DNA of 64,000 nucleotides from a virus. A program made the translations under genes and the position numbers. The notes under the pieces are model-generated. The model did not search any database. It was not told the origin of the DNA and saw nothing but the letters and a program-made list of their open reading frames with translations. This document shows, piece by piece, positions 9,077-18,935 of this stretch. How positions within the stretch are numbered: the stretch's first letter is position 1; each line of letters starts with the position of its first letter. The DNA lies in IMG/VR virus record IMGVR_UViG_3300015615_000680, positions 12,557 to 76,556 of that record; one strand, written 5' to 3'.

Positions 9077-12000
9077 TCAGCCGGCGTCGCGGAGCGGGCG
9101 GGCGGCCTGGCGGCGGGCTTCCTTGAGGGCTTCCTTCTGTGGCGCGCTGCCGCGCCGCAGGGTCTCGATGGTCTCGCTGCCCACGGCGGCCTGGAGCCGC
9201 TCCATGCGCGCGAGGCGTTTGTTCATGTCGCGCAGCTCGGCGACGATCGCGCCGTTGTCGTTGGCGGGCTGCCGGCCGCCGAGCATGGCGTCGATCTGTG
9301 GCCGGAACATCGCCGCGGCCGGGGCCGGGATGACAGCCTCGCCGCCCGCCAGCACGGCGCGGACACTGTCGCGGTCCCACGCGCCGTTGGCCACCCAGCC
9401 GCCGGCGCGGTAGGCGCGGCCCTCGTTCTTGCCCCAGGTGCTGTAGTGGAACGCCGCCGCCTGATCGAGCGACATGTCGGCGGCCCACGGCGCCATCGAC
9501 TGGTAGGCGGCCAGGACGTCCGGGTTGTTCTGCATGTACTTCTGGCCGCGGGTCAGCTGCACGCCCGGGTCGGGATTGGTGCGCCCCTCGCCCGCGCCGT
9601 AGACCGAGTAGTGGCCGCCGGCGAACTGGCCGGGGGTCGAGCCGAGGTTCCGGGTCCACGAAGCGCCCGAGTCCCAGGCCGCCTGCACGTCGGGGTTCTG
9701 CTGCAGGTAGATCGAGTTCGGGTCCGTGGTGCCGTACTGGTTGAGCTGGTTGAGGATGTTGACGACGGGATCGGGCTTCTCCGCCATCACCCTGGCCAGG
9801 TTGGCGACCGCGGCCTCGACGGCGGCCGTCGCGTCGGCGACCGACAGGGTGGCGTCGTGGATGCGCTCGAGCTCGGTCAGCTGCGACCGGTTGATGTCCG
9901 CCTGCCGCTCGGCGACGTCGGCGGTCGCGGCGAGCACGGCCTGGACCCGGCTGAAGTCCTCGAAATACGCCTCGCTGGAGGCGTTGTAGGCGCGCGAGGC
10001 GTCGAGGAAGCGGCTGGCGGTGTCCTGCAGCTTGCCGATCGCCTCCACGTCGCCGAGCTGGGCGCGGCGCGCCACGTCCTCGAACTCGGCGCGCGCGATG
10101 CCGAGCTGCTCGCGCGGGCCGTAGGGCGAATAGCCGCTGGTCAGCAGCCCGGTGCGGAAGTCGCGCAGCGACTTGGCGAAACGGTCGAACTGGTTGACCA
10201 GGTCGCGCAGCGAGGCGATCTGCGCCTGCGCCGCCTGCTCGCGCGCCGCCGCGAGGGTCGCTTCGGCCGCCGTGACCGCGGCCTGCGCCTCGTTCACCTT
10301 CACCATCCAGTCCTGGGCGGCGAAGATCGCCTCCTGGATCGGCTTCAGCGCATCCTCGGTGCCGGCAAGCGTCCGCGCGCGGAGCATGTCGGTCTCGCCG
10401 AGCGCGTTGAGCAGCTGGGTCTCCAGCGCCACCCGCGACTGGGCGATGCGCTGTTCGGCCGCGATCACGTTGTCGGCCGACTGCTCGACGATCCGCTTTC
10501 GCTCCAGCGCGTTCAGCCGCTCGATCTGCGCGAGGTCGGAACCGAGCTCGCGGCCGAGGTCGAGCCGGGCTTCGGCGTCCCGCTCCCAGATCTCCAGCGC
10601 CAGCCCAACCGGGTCTTCGATCGCCTGGATCTGCTTGCGGATCTCCTCATCATAGGCAACGCCCGCCTGCCGGTTCGTCTCCTGTGTCGAGAGCCCAACC
10701 GCCTCGATCACAAGCCGGAACTGCTGAAGCTCTTCCCGGAACTTCTTGACCCCTGCCTCGACGGCGGTCAGCTCCTCCTTCTTGAACAGCTCGTTGTTGA
10801 GCTGCGCCATGCCGATGGTGAATTGACGGATCGCGTCGAGGTTGGTGAGATCGATGTTCTCGAACATCGTCTTCACACCTTCGGCCACGCCGGGCGCCGC
10901 ATCGATCGCCCCGAGCTCGAACCCGCGCTTGACGATGTGCAGGAACACGTCGGCGGTCGCCTGCTCCAGCGACTGGATGCCCTTCTGCTGCAGGATGCCA
11001 GCGATCTCGGTCTGGAAGCCCTGCTGCCGGTCGCCGCTGTTGCCCTTCTTCGGATTGGTGAAGTTGCTGATGACCGCCGAGATCTCGGTGGCGATATCCC
11101 ATTCCTTCGCCTTGTCGTTCAGCTTGAACTTGAAGGCGTCCATGAACCCGTCGAGGATCGTGACGACGCGCTGCGCCTGCTCGTTCGCGAACTTCTGGTC
11201 GCTGGCGTTGTCCATCGCGCCGTAGGTCTGGAAGTACTTTCCGACGAACTGCTGATCGGGATTGGTCGCCGCGCCCCACTCGGTGCCGCCCGGCGCGATC
11301 GAGGTTATGAAGTTGTCACCGACGCTGGGCTTGCCGCCGCCGAAAAGCTGACCGCCGGCACCGCCGCCGATCAAGCCGCCGATGAGCGCGCCGATGACGG
11401 TGCCGACACCGGGGATGACCGAGCCAATGGCCGCCCCGGCCAGCGCGCCGCCGCCGGCGCCGATCATGCCTCCGGTCTGGTCGCCGCCGATGACGCTGTT
11501 GAGCAGCATGCCCGCGCCGAAGCCGGCGCCGATGCCGCCGATGACGCCCATCGCTCCGACGCCCGCGCTGCCTCCCGCCGCCAGGCTGCCTCCCGCCGAG
11601 TCGGCCGCAAACGTAGCGGTCATGAAATCGCCGGCAGGGGAAAGAGCCGCCGTCGGACCTATCTGGCTCAGCGTGCCGGAGGCGCCATAGAACGCGGCGC
11701 CACTGCTGGCGGCGCTACCCGCACCGTTGAACAGGTCGTAGGCCTGCTTCCCCTTATCGAACAGGTCCAGGATGTTGACGCCGCCGCCCCCGCCGCCCGG
11801 CTGCGAGATGCCGAAGACGCCCGCGTTGGAGCCGATGATCTGCATGACCACCGGCATGATGATGCGCTGCTTGACGAACTCGGCGGCGATGTTGGCGATC
11901 AGCCGCTTGACCCCCGCGAGGGCACCCTCCCACAGGTTCTCGAATGCGCTCTTGCCGCCCTTCTCCGCGTTGACGAACCCGTCGACCAGAAACTGGCTGA

Positions 12001-14977
12001 TGTCCGACGAGACGCTCTCCGCGCGCGACCGCACCTCGTTCCAGAAGCGCACCTGCTCGCGCGACGCCTGGGTAGCGTCGAACGCGCGCAGCTGCGCCTG
12101 GGCAGCCTCGTCGTTGAGGTCTTTGTACTTGGCGACCAGCTCGTTGATCTTCTGCTGGCGCTCGATGCGCAGCTCGGCGGCGCGGCGGAGGTCCGGGTCG
12201 CCGATCGCCGCGGCCTCAGCCTGCATGGCAGCGATCGCCGCTTGCTGGTTCGCCTGGCGCAGGCTGGTCGCGCGCTCCAGCTCCTGGTTCGACTTCAGCC
12301 GCGCCCGGCTCTCCTCGTCGAGCTTCTCGATCTGGGCGGTGACGGCAGCCCGGTCGGCGTCCACGGCGGCCGCCAGGGCGGTGCGCTTCACGGCCTCTAC
12401 CTCGGCCGCCCGCGCCGCCTCCTGGCTGGCCTCGGTGCCGTGCACGGCGGCGGCAGTGGCCGCGCGGGCCGCTTCCGCCGAGACCTGCATGGCGCTGGCC
12501 TGCCGGGTCACGTCGATCAGCGCCTGGGCGGACGCAAGTTCCTGGTAGCGCCGGGCAGCCGCTTCGACGTTGACCGCGGCGTTGCGGTGCGCTTCGGCTT
12601 GCGCGCGGACCGTCGCCTCCATCGCCTTGCCGGCGGCCTCGCCGACAGCGTAGGCGGCGGCGACGGCGCGCAACCCCTGGACCTCGAGGCTGGTGGCCGC
12701 CGCGGCATCGCGGGCCGTGGCGCTCATCTGGTCGACCGCCTTGTTGTAGGCGGTCTGTCCGATGATCGCGGCTTCCGTCGTCGTGGCGCCGTTCTCCTGC
12801 GCCTGGCGGATCGCCTCCTCCTTGGCGCGGACGGCCTCCCGAATGCCGACGCCCGCGGCCAGCACTTTGTGCTGGTGTTCGTAGGCCGCCGTCAGGTCGT
12901 CGATGGTCTTCTTGCCGTAGGGCGTACCCGCCGCCTCGTTGCCGCCGCCGTAGTCCGCCGCGGCTGCGTTGTAGTACGGGCTCATCGGCGCGTGACGGAG
13001 CGGGTTCTCCAGGTCCAGGCGACGCTCCAGGAGCGCGTCGTATTCGGCCCGAAGCGCCCCCAGGGAGGCGCGCGCGGCGTCCACGCCCGACCCCTTGGTG
13101 CCGCTGTCGGCCACCTTCCGGGCGCGGTCCATCCGATCCATGAGGTCGGCCAACTGCTTGTCGACCGCCCGGATTTCGTTCACCGCCTTGTTGGCGCCGG
13201 ACATGTCCTTCAGCGCTTCGGTCAGCGCGCGCACGAAGGACATGACCGTCTCGCTGCCCGCGACGCTGTCGATCAGGCCGGTGATCGCGCGGCCGAGGTC
13301 GTGCATCACGACAGCCGCGGGGGACATCGCATCGAGCGCCGCGCCTCTGACACGCTGCCCCATTGCCTCGTAGGCGAGCGCGACCGCGCCGGCCTTGTCG
13401 CCCTGCTCGGTCAGAAGCCGGACCTGCGCGAGCTGCGCCGGGGTGAGGAAATCGTAGGCCTCGTCGAGCTTGCGGATGGCCGCGAACCCCTGGACGCCCA
13501 TTTCAACCAGCTTCTTGGTCGCGTCCTCGACGGTCACGCCGAAGCCGGCCGCGAAGTCGGGCGCCAGGCCGGCGGCTTGGGTGATGTCGGCGCTGGCGGC
13601 GCCCGGCACACGGATCGCGCCCATCAAGGCGCTGCGCGCGGCGTCGCGGCTGACACCCAGGTCGCGCATGGCCTCGACCATCGCGTGGAGCTGGCTGGTC
13701 GTCACCTGGGCGTCAGCGCCCATCGCCCGGAGTGTCACGCCGAACGCCCGCGCTTCCGCGTCCATGTCGCCGGCGCGCGCCAGCACGACACCGAGGCCGA
13801 TACCGAGTGCCACCACGCCCGCCGTCGCGACTGTGAACGGCGTGACGATGGAGCGCAGGCCGCGGCCGAGCTGCGCGACGAACCCGCCGGCGGAGGCGTT
13901 CGACGCCGCGAAGATGTCCGCGATCTGGGTGCCCTGCTGGATCAGCACGGTCATCGGCGCCTGGCCCGACGCCAGCGACACACCGACGTCTTGCACCTGG
14001 CGGGAGAAGTTGATCAGCTCGTGCCGGGCGAGGCCGACGCCGGTCTTGTATTTGTCCACCGAGACGTTGGCGAGGTTGATCAGCCGCACCTGCGCGTCGT
14101 AGCGGCGCGTCGCGAGAGACTGCGCCTGCTCCATCTCGACGGTAGAGATTGCGCCCGCCGCTGCCAGACCGCGATACTCTTCCAGCTCTGCATTCAGGCG
14201 GTCGAGCGCGGCGCCGAGCGGGTTGATCTGCGCACGCAGGTCGCCGGCTCGCTTCGCCATCGCGTCCTGCGCGGCGAAGGCTTCCTGGAACGCCGACGCC
14301 GACTCGCGCGCGGACTTGCCGATGCCGGTGACTAGCCGGGTATTCAGCTCTGCCGTGAACGTCTCGGCAATGTGGCGCGCCCGCTCCTTCGCTACCGCGT
14401 CGAGCCCGCCATAGGCGGCCAGAAAGGCATCGGCAGACGCACGGGCGTTCCCGGTGGCGGCGCCTGCATCTTGCACGCCGAGCCGGGCATTGATCGATGC
14501 CTGCGCCTGCGCGGCGTCTGTCGCGCGGCGCTGCGCCTCGGCAACGCGCTGAATCGCCTCCGCCTGCGCGGCGAGGCGAACGTTGACGTCGGCCACGGTC
14601 TTGGCGAAGGCGACGTGGCCGCGATCCGCGACCTGCTGTGCGTCGGCGAAAAGGCCGGTTTTCCGGACGATCGATTCATAGATCTGCGCCGATCGGTCCA
14701 TGACGCTGTTGTCGGCGTCCACAGCGCGCGCTAGCCGATTGACCGCAGTCTCCAGCTCTGCTGCGGCGCGGGCGCCTTCAACGTGACGGCGCGCCAGGTT
14801 CTCGACCGACTTTCCCGCGGTCGCGACACGGCGTTCCGTGACTGCGACTGCCTGGTCCGTCTGCGCCGCGGACCGCACCATCGCCTGGTCAGCGGCCGCC
14901 TTCGCCTGCGCGCCGGCGACATACGCGCTGGCGTCGAAGGCGGCCTCCACGCGAAGGCTCTCAAGACGGGTCACCAT
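9077..14977 (-). CDS. Tail tape measure protein
   Basis: 1966 aa, Ala-rich helical; RQVQDVGVSLASGQAPMTVLIQQGTQI lambda-type TMP motif; follows chaperone genes. Confidence 0.95.
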   Translation of the reverse strand: MVTRLESLRVEAAFDASAYVAGAQAKAAADQAMVRSAAQTDQAVAVTERRVATAGKSVENLARRHVEGARAAAELETAVNRLARAVDADNSVMDRSAQIYESIVRKTGLFADAQQVADRGHVAFAKTVADVNVRLAAQAEAIQRVAEAQRRATDAAQAQASINARLGVQDAGAATGNARASADAFLAAYGGLDAVAKERARHIAETFTAELNTRLVTGIGKSARESASAFQEAFAAQDAMAKRAGDLRAQINPLGAALDRLNAELEEYRGLAAAGAISTVEMEQAQSLATRRYDAQVRLINLANVSVDKYKTGVGLARHELINFSRQVQDVGVSLASGQAPMTVLIQQGTQIADIFAASNASAGGFVAQLGRGLRSIVTPFTVATAGVVALGIGLGVVLARAGDMDAEARAFGVTLRAMGADAQVTTSQLHAMVEAMRDLGVSRDAARSALMGAIRVPGAASADITQAAGLAPDFAAGFGVTVEDATKKLVEMGVQGFAAIRKLDEAYDFLTPAQLAQVRLLTEQGDKAGAVALAYEAMGQRVRGAALDAMSPAAVVMHDLGRAITGLIDSVAGSETVMSFVRALTEALKDMSGANKAVNEIRAVDKQLADLMDRMDRARKVADSGTKGSGVDAARASLGALRAEYDALLERRLDLENPLRHAPMSPYYNAAAADYGGGNEAAGTPYGKKTIDDLTAAYEHQHKVLAAGVGIREAVRAKEEAIRQAQENGATTTEAAIIGQTAYNKAVDQMSATARDAAAATSLEVQGLRAVAAAYAVGEAAGKAMEATVRAQAEAHRNAAVNVEAAARRYQELASAQALIDVTRQASAMQVSAEAARAATAAAVHGTEASQEAARAAEVEAVKRTALAAAVDADRAAVTAQIEKLDEESRARLKSNQELERATSLRQANQQAAIAAMQAEAAAIGDPDLRRAAELRIERQQKINELVAKYKDLNDEAAQAQLRAFDATQASREQVRFWNEVRSRAESVSSDISQFLVDGFVNAEKGGKSAFENLWEGALAGVKRLIANIAAEFVKQRIIMPVVMQIIGSNAGVFGISQPGGGGGGVNILDLFDKGKQAYDLFNGAGSAASSGAAFYGASGTLSQIGPTAALSPAGDFMTATFAADSAGGSLAAGGSAGVGAMGVIGGIGAGFGAGMLLNSVIGGDQTGGMIGAGGGALAGAAIGSVIPGVGTVIGALIGGLIGGGAGGQLFGGGKPSVGDNFITSIAPGGTEWGAATNPDQQFVGKYFQTYGAMDNASDQKFANEQAQRVVTILDGFMDAFKFKLNDKAKEWDIATEISAVISNFTNPKKGNSGDRQQGFQTEIAGILQQKGIQSLEQATADVFLHIVKRGFELGAIDAAPGVAEGVKTMFENIDLTNLDAIRQFTIGMAQLNNELFKKEELTAVEAGVKKFREELQQFRLVIEAVGLSTQETNRQAGVAYDEEIRKQIQAIEDPVGLALEIWERDAEARLDLGRELGSDLAQIERLNALERKRIVEQSADNVIAAEQRIAQSRVALETQLLNALGETDMLRARTLAGTEDALKPIQEAIFAAQDWMVKVNEAQAAVTAAEATLAAAREQAAQAQIASLRDLVNQFDRFAKSLRDFRTGLLTSGYSPYGPREQLGIARAEFEDVARRAQLGDVEAIGKLQDTASRFLDASRAYNASSEAYFEDFSRVQAVLAATADVAERQADINRSQLTELERIHDATLSVADATAAVEAAVANLARVMAEKPDPVVNILNQLNQYGTTDPNSIYLQQNPDVQAAWDSGASWTRNLGSTPGQFAGGHYSVYGAGEGRTNPDPGVQLTRGQKYMQNNPDVLAAYQSMAPWAADMSLDQAAAFHYSTWGKNEGRAYRAGGWVANGAWDRDSVRAVLAGGEAVIPAPAAAMFRPQIDAMLGGRQPANDNGAIVAELRDMNKRLARMERLQAAVGSETIETLRRGSAPQKEALKEARRQAARPLRDAG

Positions 14978-15372
14978 TCGGCGTCTCGTTCTCTAGCCGC
15001 TCGCGGGCGTGGTTGAGGTATTCGGCATCGAGTGCTTTCAGCAGGCGCCATAGAAGGGCATAGGTCTCACCATCGACATCGTGGCGGCGCGCCCACCGGT
15101 CGAAGGCGGTCCAGCGCAAAGGACCGGGGACCGACCGGATGACGAAGGCGCCCATGGCAGCGCCGACACCGACGATCGTGCTGTCACGCTCGTTGCGCAG
15201 GTCGGACCAGGCAGACCGCACCCAGCCGGACCAGGCCGGCCAGTCCTCCGCGGCCGGGCGGTGCGCGTTGATGAAGTGCGCCGCGTCGGGCTCCTCCTCC
15301 GCGAGCTCGGCAAGCCAGTCGTGGAAGCCGCCCCGCTCGAGGTCGTAGCGCAGCGCGGCCCTCAGTTTTTTT
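14961..15372 (-). CDS. Tail assembly chaperone gpT-like extension, made by -1 frameshift
   Basis: Frame open from slippery site (KKLRAALRYDLERGG...WTAFDRWARRHDV) with no good start of its own; ends overlapping TMP start. Confidence 0.8.
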
Positions 15373-15757
15373 CCGCGTCCTCGGTGAAATCGGCCTCGAC
15401 CAGGCCGACCTTCATGCCGGCGTAGCGGATGTGGTCGTGCAGCTCGCGATAGGCTGGATCGAGCAGGGTCTCGGCCGCCGTGTCGGGCGAGTACGGCGTG
15501 TCGAAGCCTTTCCAGTCGAGCAGGATGAAGTCGGCATAGAGCTGCGCGTTGGCACGATAGGCGACATCGGGCGGCACCGGGTCGCGGCCGTACTTGCGGA
15601 CCCAACGCATCTCGACGATCGACTTCTGCTGCAGGTAGGGCCCGTAGTTGAAGCCGCGGACCTTGAGCTCGACGCCGGGCAGGTCCGGGATCGGCACCCA
15701 GTCGCCGTCGCGCTCGCGGTTGAGGTCGGCCTTGATCGAGCCGAGTTTCACGGTCAT
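15362..15757 (-). CDS. Tail assembly chaperone gpG-like
   Basis: GAGG RBS, MTVKLGSIKADLNRERDGDWV...ILLDWKGF...EDAEKN; lies between tail tube and TMP. Confidence 0.85.
   Translation of the reverse strand: MTVKLGSIKADLNRERDGDWVPIPDLPGVELKVRGFNYGPYLQQKSIVEMRWVRKYGRDPVPPDVAYRANAQLYADFILLDWKGFDTPYSPDTAAETLLDPAYRELHDHIRYAGMKVGLVEADFTEDAEKN
15365..15371 (-). other. -1 ribosomal frameshift slippery site A AAA AAC
   Basis: Minus strand GCG GAA AAA AAC TGA at end of chaperone gene. Confidence 0.85.
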
Positions 15758-15782
15758 GGGGGATTTCCTCTGTCGGAAGGAT

Positions 15783-15814
15783 GGAACGGCAGGCGCCGAC
15801 ACGCCTGCCGTTCC
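15783..15814. terminator. Perfect 13-bp stem-loop between tail tube and chaperone genes
   Basis: GGAACGGCAGGCG-ccgaca-CGCCTGCCGTTCC; no long U tract. Confidence 0.5.
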
Positions 15815-15931
15815 GTTCGCGCGAACACGCCGACCCCGCGCTGGCAGAGCGTGGCCGCCCGAAGGGCGGATCGCTCGAAGCGCGATGCACGGGTTTCGAC
15901 GCCACTGACCCGCATGGCGGCGCGGGTAGGC

Positions 15932-17401
15932 TTACGCCTCGAAATATTCGAGGCGATCGAGGATCACGTGAGCCGCGGTGAGATCATCGCGGCTGGCGCC
16001 GAGCTGGAGCGGCAGCATCACGTCCTGGTTCTTGCCCTGGGCGTTCGGGTTGCCGTCGGTCGCCGTGAGGCGCGGCACCGCCCAGATGGTGGCCTGGCTG
16101 TTCTTGGTCACGCGGGTGTTGACGTTGGTCGGCGTGCCGGCCAGCAGCTTGGCGTAGAGCGCGTTGGACCCGAAGTAGCTGTTGAGCGCGACGGTCACCG
16201 TGCACTCGCCTACGCCGTGCGACACGGCGCCGACGTTGTCCGCCGCCTCGATGAGGCGGAGGTTGTTGTTGACGGTGTAGCTGACGTTGTCGGCCCAGTT
16301 CGGGCTGGACAGCGCCGCGCCGTTCTCGGCGATGCGGCCGACGTTCGCGCTGCCGGCCATCACCGGGTACGACGCGATCGACGGCGCCGCGTCGGGCGAG
16401 GCGTCGAGCGCCGAGGTGCCCTGCGCACCCGACATGCCGAGCAGCTCGATCGCCGCGGTGATCTTCTGCTTCTTCGGCACGTTGACGGTGATCTGGCCGG
16501 CGATCATGCCGGCCTGGGCGACATAGGTCGGGGTGTTCTGGCCGAGGAAGCCGCGTTCCACGGTCTGGCCGAGCTTGGTGGTCCCGTTCTTGACCTGGTC
16601 GCCGAACCAGATGCGGACCGTCTTGCCGGTGCCGGCATCGGTGGTCCAGCCGGACGGCAGGTTGTCGAGGGTCAGCTTGTCGGCGGCGATCACGGTCACC
16701 CGCGCCCAGCCGTTGCAGGCCTCGGTGGCGAAGCGGAAGGCCGCGCCGGTGCCGCCGATCTTGATCCACTGGCCGACCGCCAGCCCGAGGCCGTTGAGCG
16801 CCAGCCCCGACGACGTGATGCCGTCGGACACCGCCGCCAGCTCGCCGTCGCCGCCTTGCGCGCCGACCACCTTGAGCCGGGCCGCGGCCGGCGGCGCGGC
16901 CTCGGTGACGAAGTTCGCGCCGAGGAAGGCCGGCACGGTCGCCGAGCCGGTGGTGCACACGAAGACGCCGTTGTTCGCGGCGTTGGTGAACCCGGTCGTC
17001 CGGCCGAGGTGGCCGGCGACGAAGGCGGCCCCGGTCGTCACCGTCACGACGTCGGTCGTGGCGGTCACCGCCGTGATGACGCTGTCGGCGGTGCCGTCGT
17101 TGTCGCGGGTCGGCGTGTTGGTCCAGGCGTTCATGAACACCGATTCGAGCAGGCTGGACAGCAGCCCGCCGTCCACGGGGTAGTGCCACTCGAAGTTGAT
17201 CGGCCCGGAGTTGGTCTCGCCGACCTTGATCGGGTCGGCGGTCATCCGGTCGTCGCGGATTTCGTCGGAGGTCACGAAGTCGGGGCGAAACAGAAGGCCT
17301 TCGCCGGTGAACCGCATCTTGCGCATGCGCGGCGTGTTCGGGGTCGTACCGATCGTGACTTCGCGCACGCCGGCGAGCTGTACGCGGTTGCTGTCCGTCA
17401 T
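15932..17401 (-). CDS. Major tail tube protein
   Basis: MTDSNRVQLAGVREVTIGTTP...SDEIRDDRM...; AGGAG RBS; position upstream of chaperones. Confidence 0.88.
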   Translation of the reverse strand: MTDSNRVQLAGVREVTIGTTPNTPRMRKMRFTGEGLLFRPDFVTSDEIRDDRMTADPIKVGETNSGPINFEWHYPVDGGLLSSLLESVFMNAWTNTPTRDNDGTADSVITAVTATTDVVTVTTGAAFVAGHLGRTTGFTNAANNGVFVCTTGSATVPAFLGANFVTEAAPPAAARLKVVGAQGGDGELAAVSDGITSSGLALNGLGLAVGQWIKIGGTGAAFRFATEACNGWARVTVIAADKLTLDNLPSGWTTDAGTGKTVRIWFGDQVKNGTTKLGQTVERGFLGQNTPTYVAQAGMIAGQITVNVPKKQKITAAIELLGMSGAQGTSALDASPDAAPSIASYPVMAGSANVGRIAENGAALSSPNWADNVSYTVNNNLRLIEAADNVGAVSHGVGECTVTVALNSYFGSNALYAKLLAGTPTNVNTRVTKNSQATIWAVPRLTATDGNPNAQGKNQDVMLPLQLGASRDDLTAAHVILDRLEYFEA

Positions 17402-17501
17402 CGCGGGGCTCCTAAGAGGATGGCGGCGCCGTCTGGTGCCGCGGCGCGCTTGCCCAAGGCGCGAACGAACGTGGCTGCGCGGGCGTCACGCAGCCGGGAT
17501 C

Positions 17502-17714
17502 TCAGTCTTGGCCGAGATCGTCGCCGATCTGCGTCGAACCCTCCGCGCCGGCCACTGCATCGGAGACGCCGTCCGCGCTTGGCGAATCGCTCTCGATGTA
17601 GCCGGCGCTCTGCCAGTCGGACAGGCGGAGTGCGCCGTTGAAATCGTCCGCCGTCACGTCCATGCCGGCGCGGAACCGCCGCGTCTCGGTGTTGAAATCC
17701 TTGAGCACCTTCAT
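17502..17714 (-). CDS. Small hypothetical protein
   Basis: AGGAG RBS; MKVLKDFNTETRRFRAGMDV. Confidence 0.65.
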   Translation of the reverse strand: MKVLKDFNTETRRFRAGMDVTADDFNGALRLSDWQSAGYIESDSPSADGVSDAVAGAEGSTQIGDDLGQD

Positions 17715-17725
17715 CGCCTGTCTCC

Positions 17726-18157
17726 TCATGTGTCGGCTTGATACGCGACCTCGGCTGGCAGACCGAACCAGTTGCCGTCGGGTGTCGTCTTCTCGCCGAG
17801 GCCGATCGAGGCTTCGACGAACTGGAGGGTTCCTCCAGCGAGATCGGCCCCTTTGAACAGGTCGCAGAGCTGCTTCGCGTAGCGTCGGGCGAGGCGGCTA
17901 CCGGTCCCCGACCGCACCATCACCGTCATGAAAATCAAGCCACGCTCGCGCCAAAGGTCGGTGGCCGGACTACCCGACCCAAGAGATTCCTGGTCGTACA
18001 GGTCGCCGGTCATCTCGACCTGCACCCAAGGCGCCTGGCCGTCTTGCGGCCGGACGCCATCGGGCGCCGCGTCCTCGTTGTCGAAGACGAGCGGCGTCTC
18101 CACCCAATTCTCAAGCAGGTGACCGCGCACCGCGTCGTACACGAGATCGCTAGCCAT
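17726..18157 (-). CDS. Tail terminator-like protein
   Basis: PWVQVEM...ERGLIFMTVMVRSGTG...LCDLF; position directly upstream of tail tube. Confidence 0.75.
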   Translation of the reverse strand: MASDLVYDAVRGHLLENWVETPLVFDNEDAAPDGVRPQDGQAPWVQVEMTGDLYDQESLGSGSPATDLWRERGLIFMTVMVRSGTGSRLARRYAKQLCDLFKGADLAGGTLQFVEASIGLGEKTTPDGNWFGLPAEVAYQADT

Positions 18158-18845
18158 TCTCGGCGACGCGGATGAGCAGCGCGGGATAGGTCATCGGCTC
18201 GCCGGCGGCGGTGTCCGCCCGGCCGCTAAGAAACGCGCGACCGCCGCGGAACGCGGACGAACGATTGTTCTGGGCGGCCCGCACTGACCGCCGCCTGCCC
18301 TTCAGGACGTACCCGCCATGCAGCCAGACGAACTGGCGTTCGACCTTGAGGACACCACGACCGAACTTCTCGAACAGCGCCTGCCGGGCGCCTTCGACGA
18401 TCCGTGGCGGGACCGACATCTTCATCGCGCCGACTTCGATCTTGCGGTGATAAGGCTGATCGTTGGTGACGATCGCTTCGGCGTTCGGCGGTATCGGCGT
18501 ACCCGGCCGCCATAGGGCGCCGTTCACCAGGGCAAACCAGGATTTCCGATAGCGGCCGGACTTGAACGGCGACCGCGCCTCGCAGTAGGCGAGCGCGAAG
18601 ACAACGGCATCTTCCAGGTAGCTAAACCTGTAGATGATCGGGCCCGGGACAACGACGGTCTCTTCCGCCGCGCCGAAGCGGCCGTTGACGCTACGGACAT
18701 AGTTCGGCGACGCTTCGCCGGCCGCGATGGCCTCCGCGAGCGCTTCGCGCGCGGTTCGCGCCAGCAACGCCGAAATCGCCGCCGGCTCCAGGCTGGCGGT
18801 GGCGATTTTGAGGTTGCGTTCGAAGGCTTGCGCGCCGCGGGCCAT
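18150..18845 (-). CDS. Tail completion / neck protein (HK97 gp10-like position)
   Basis: GGAG RBS then MARGAQAFERN; SPFKSGRYRKSW...NDQPYHRKIEVG. Confidence 0.7.
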   Translation of the reverse strand: MARGAQAFERNLKIATASLEPAAISALLARTAREALAEAIAAGEASPNYVRSVNGRFGAAEETVVVPGPIIYRFSYLEDAVVFALAYCEARSPFKSGRYRKSWFALVNGALWRPGTPIPPNAEAIVTNDQPYHRKIEVGAMKMSVPPRIVEGARQALFEKFGRGVLKVERQFVWLHGGYVLKGRRRSVRAAQNNRSSAFRGGRAFLSGRADTAAGEPMTYPALLIRVAENG

Positions 18846-18886
18846 GCGCACACTCCAAGAGGGGTTACACTTTTTTCGGCACCGTG

Positions 18887-18929
18887 TGTCAACTACCTGT
18901 TGACAACTGTAGCGTTCGGCGTTACAGTT
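18887..18929 (+). promoter_or_regulatory. higBA sigma70 promoter with palindromic operator
   Basis: TTGACA (18900-18905), 17 bp, TACAGT (18923-18928); overlapping palindrome AACTGTAGCG-ttcgg-CGTTACAGTT; ATG 7 nt downstream. Confidence 0.8.
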
Positions 18930-18935
18930 CCGCTC

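Noticed and set aside
9446..14335. 1629-aa plus-strand ORF and the many other long antisense or off-frame ORFs
   Set aside because: Shadow frames of GC-rich real genes; R/G/A-rich with no motifs or RBS
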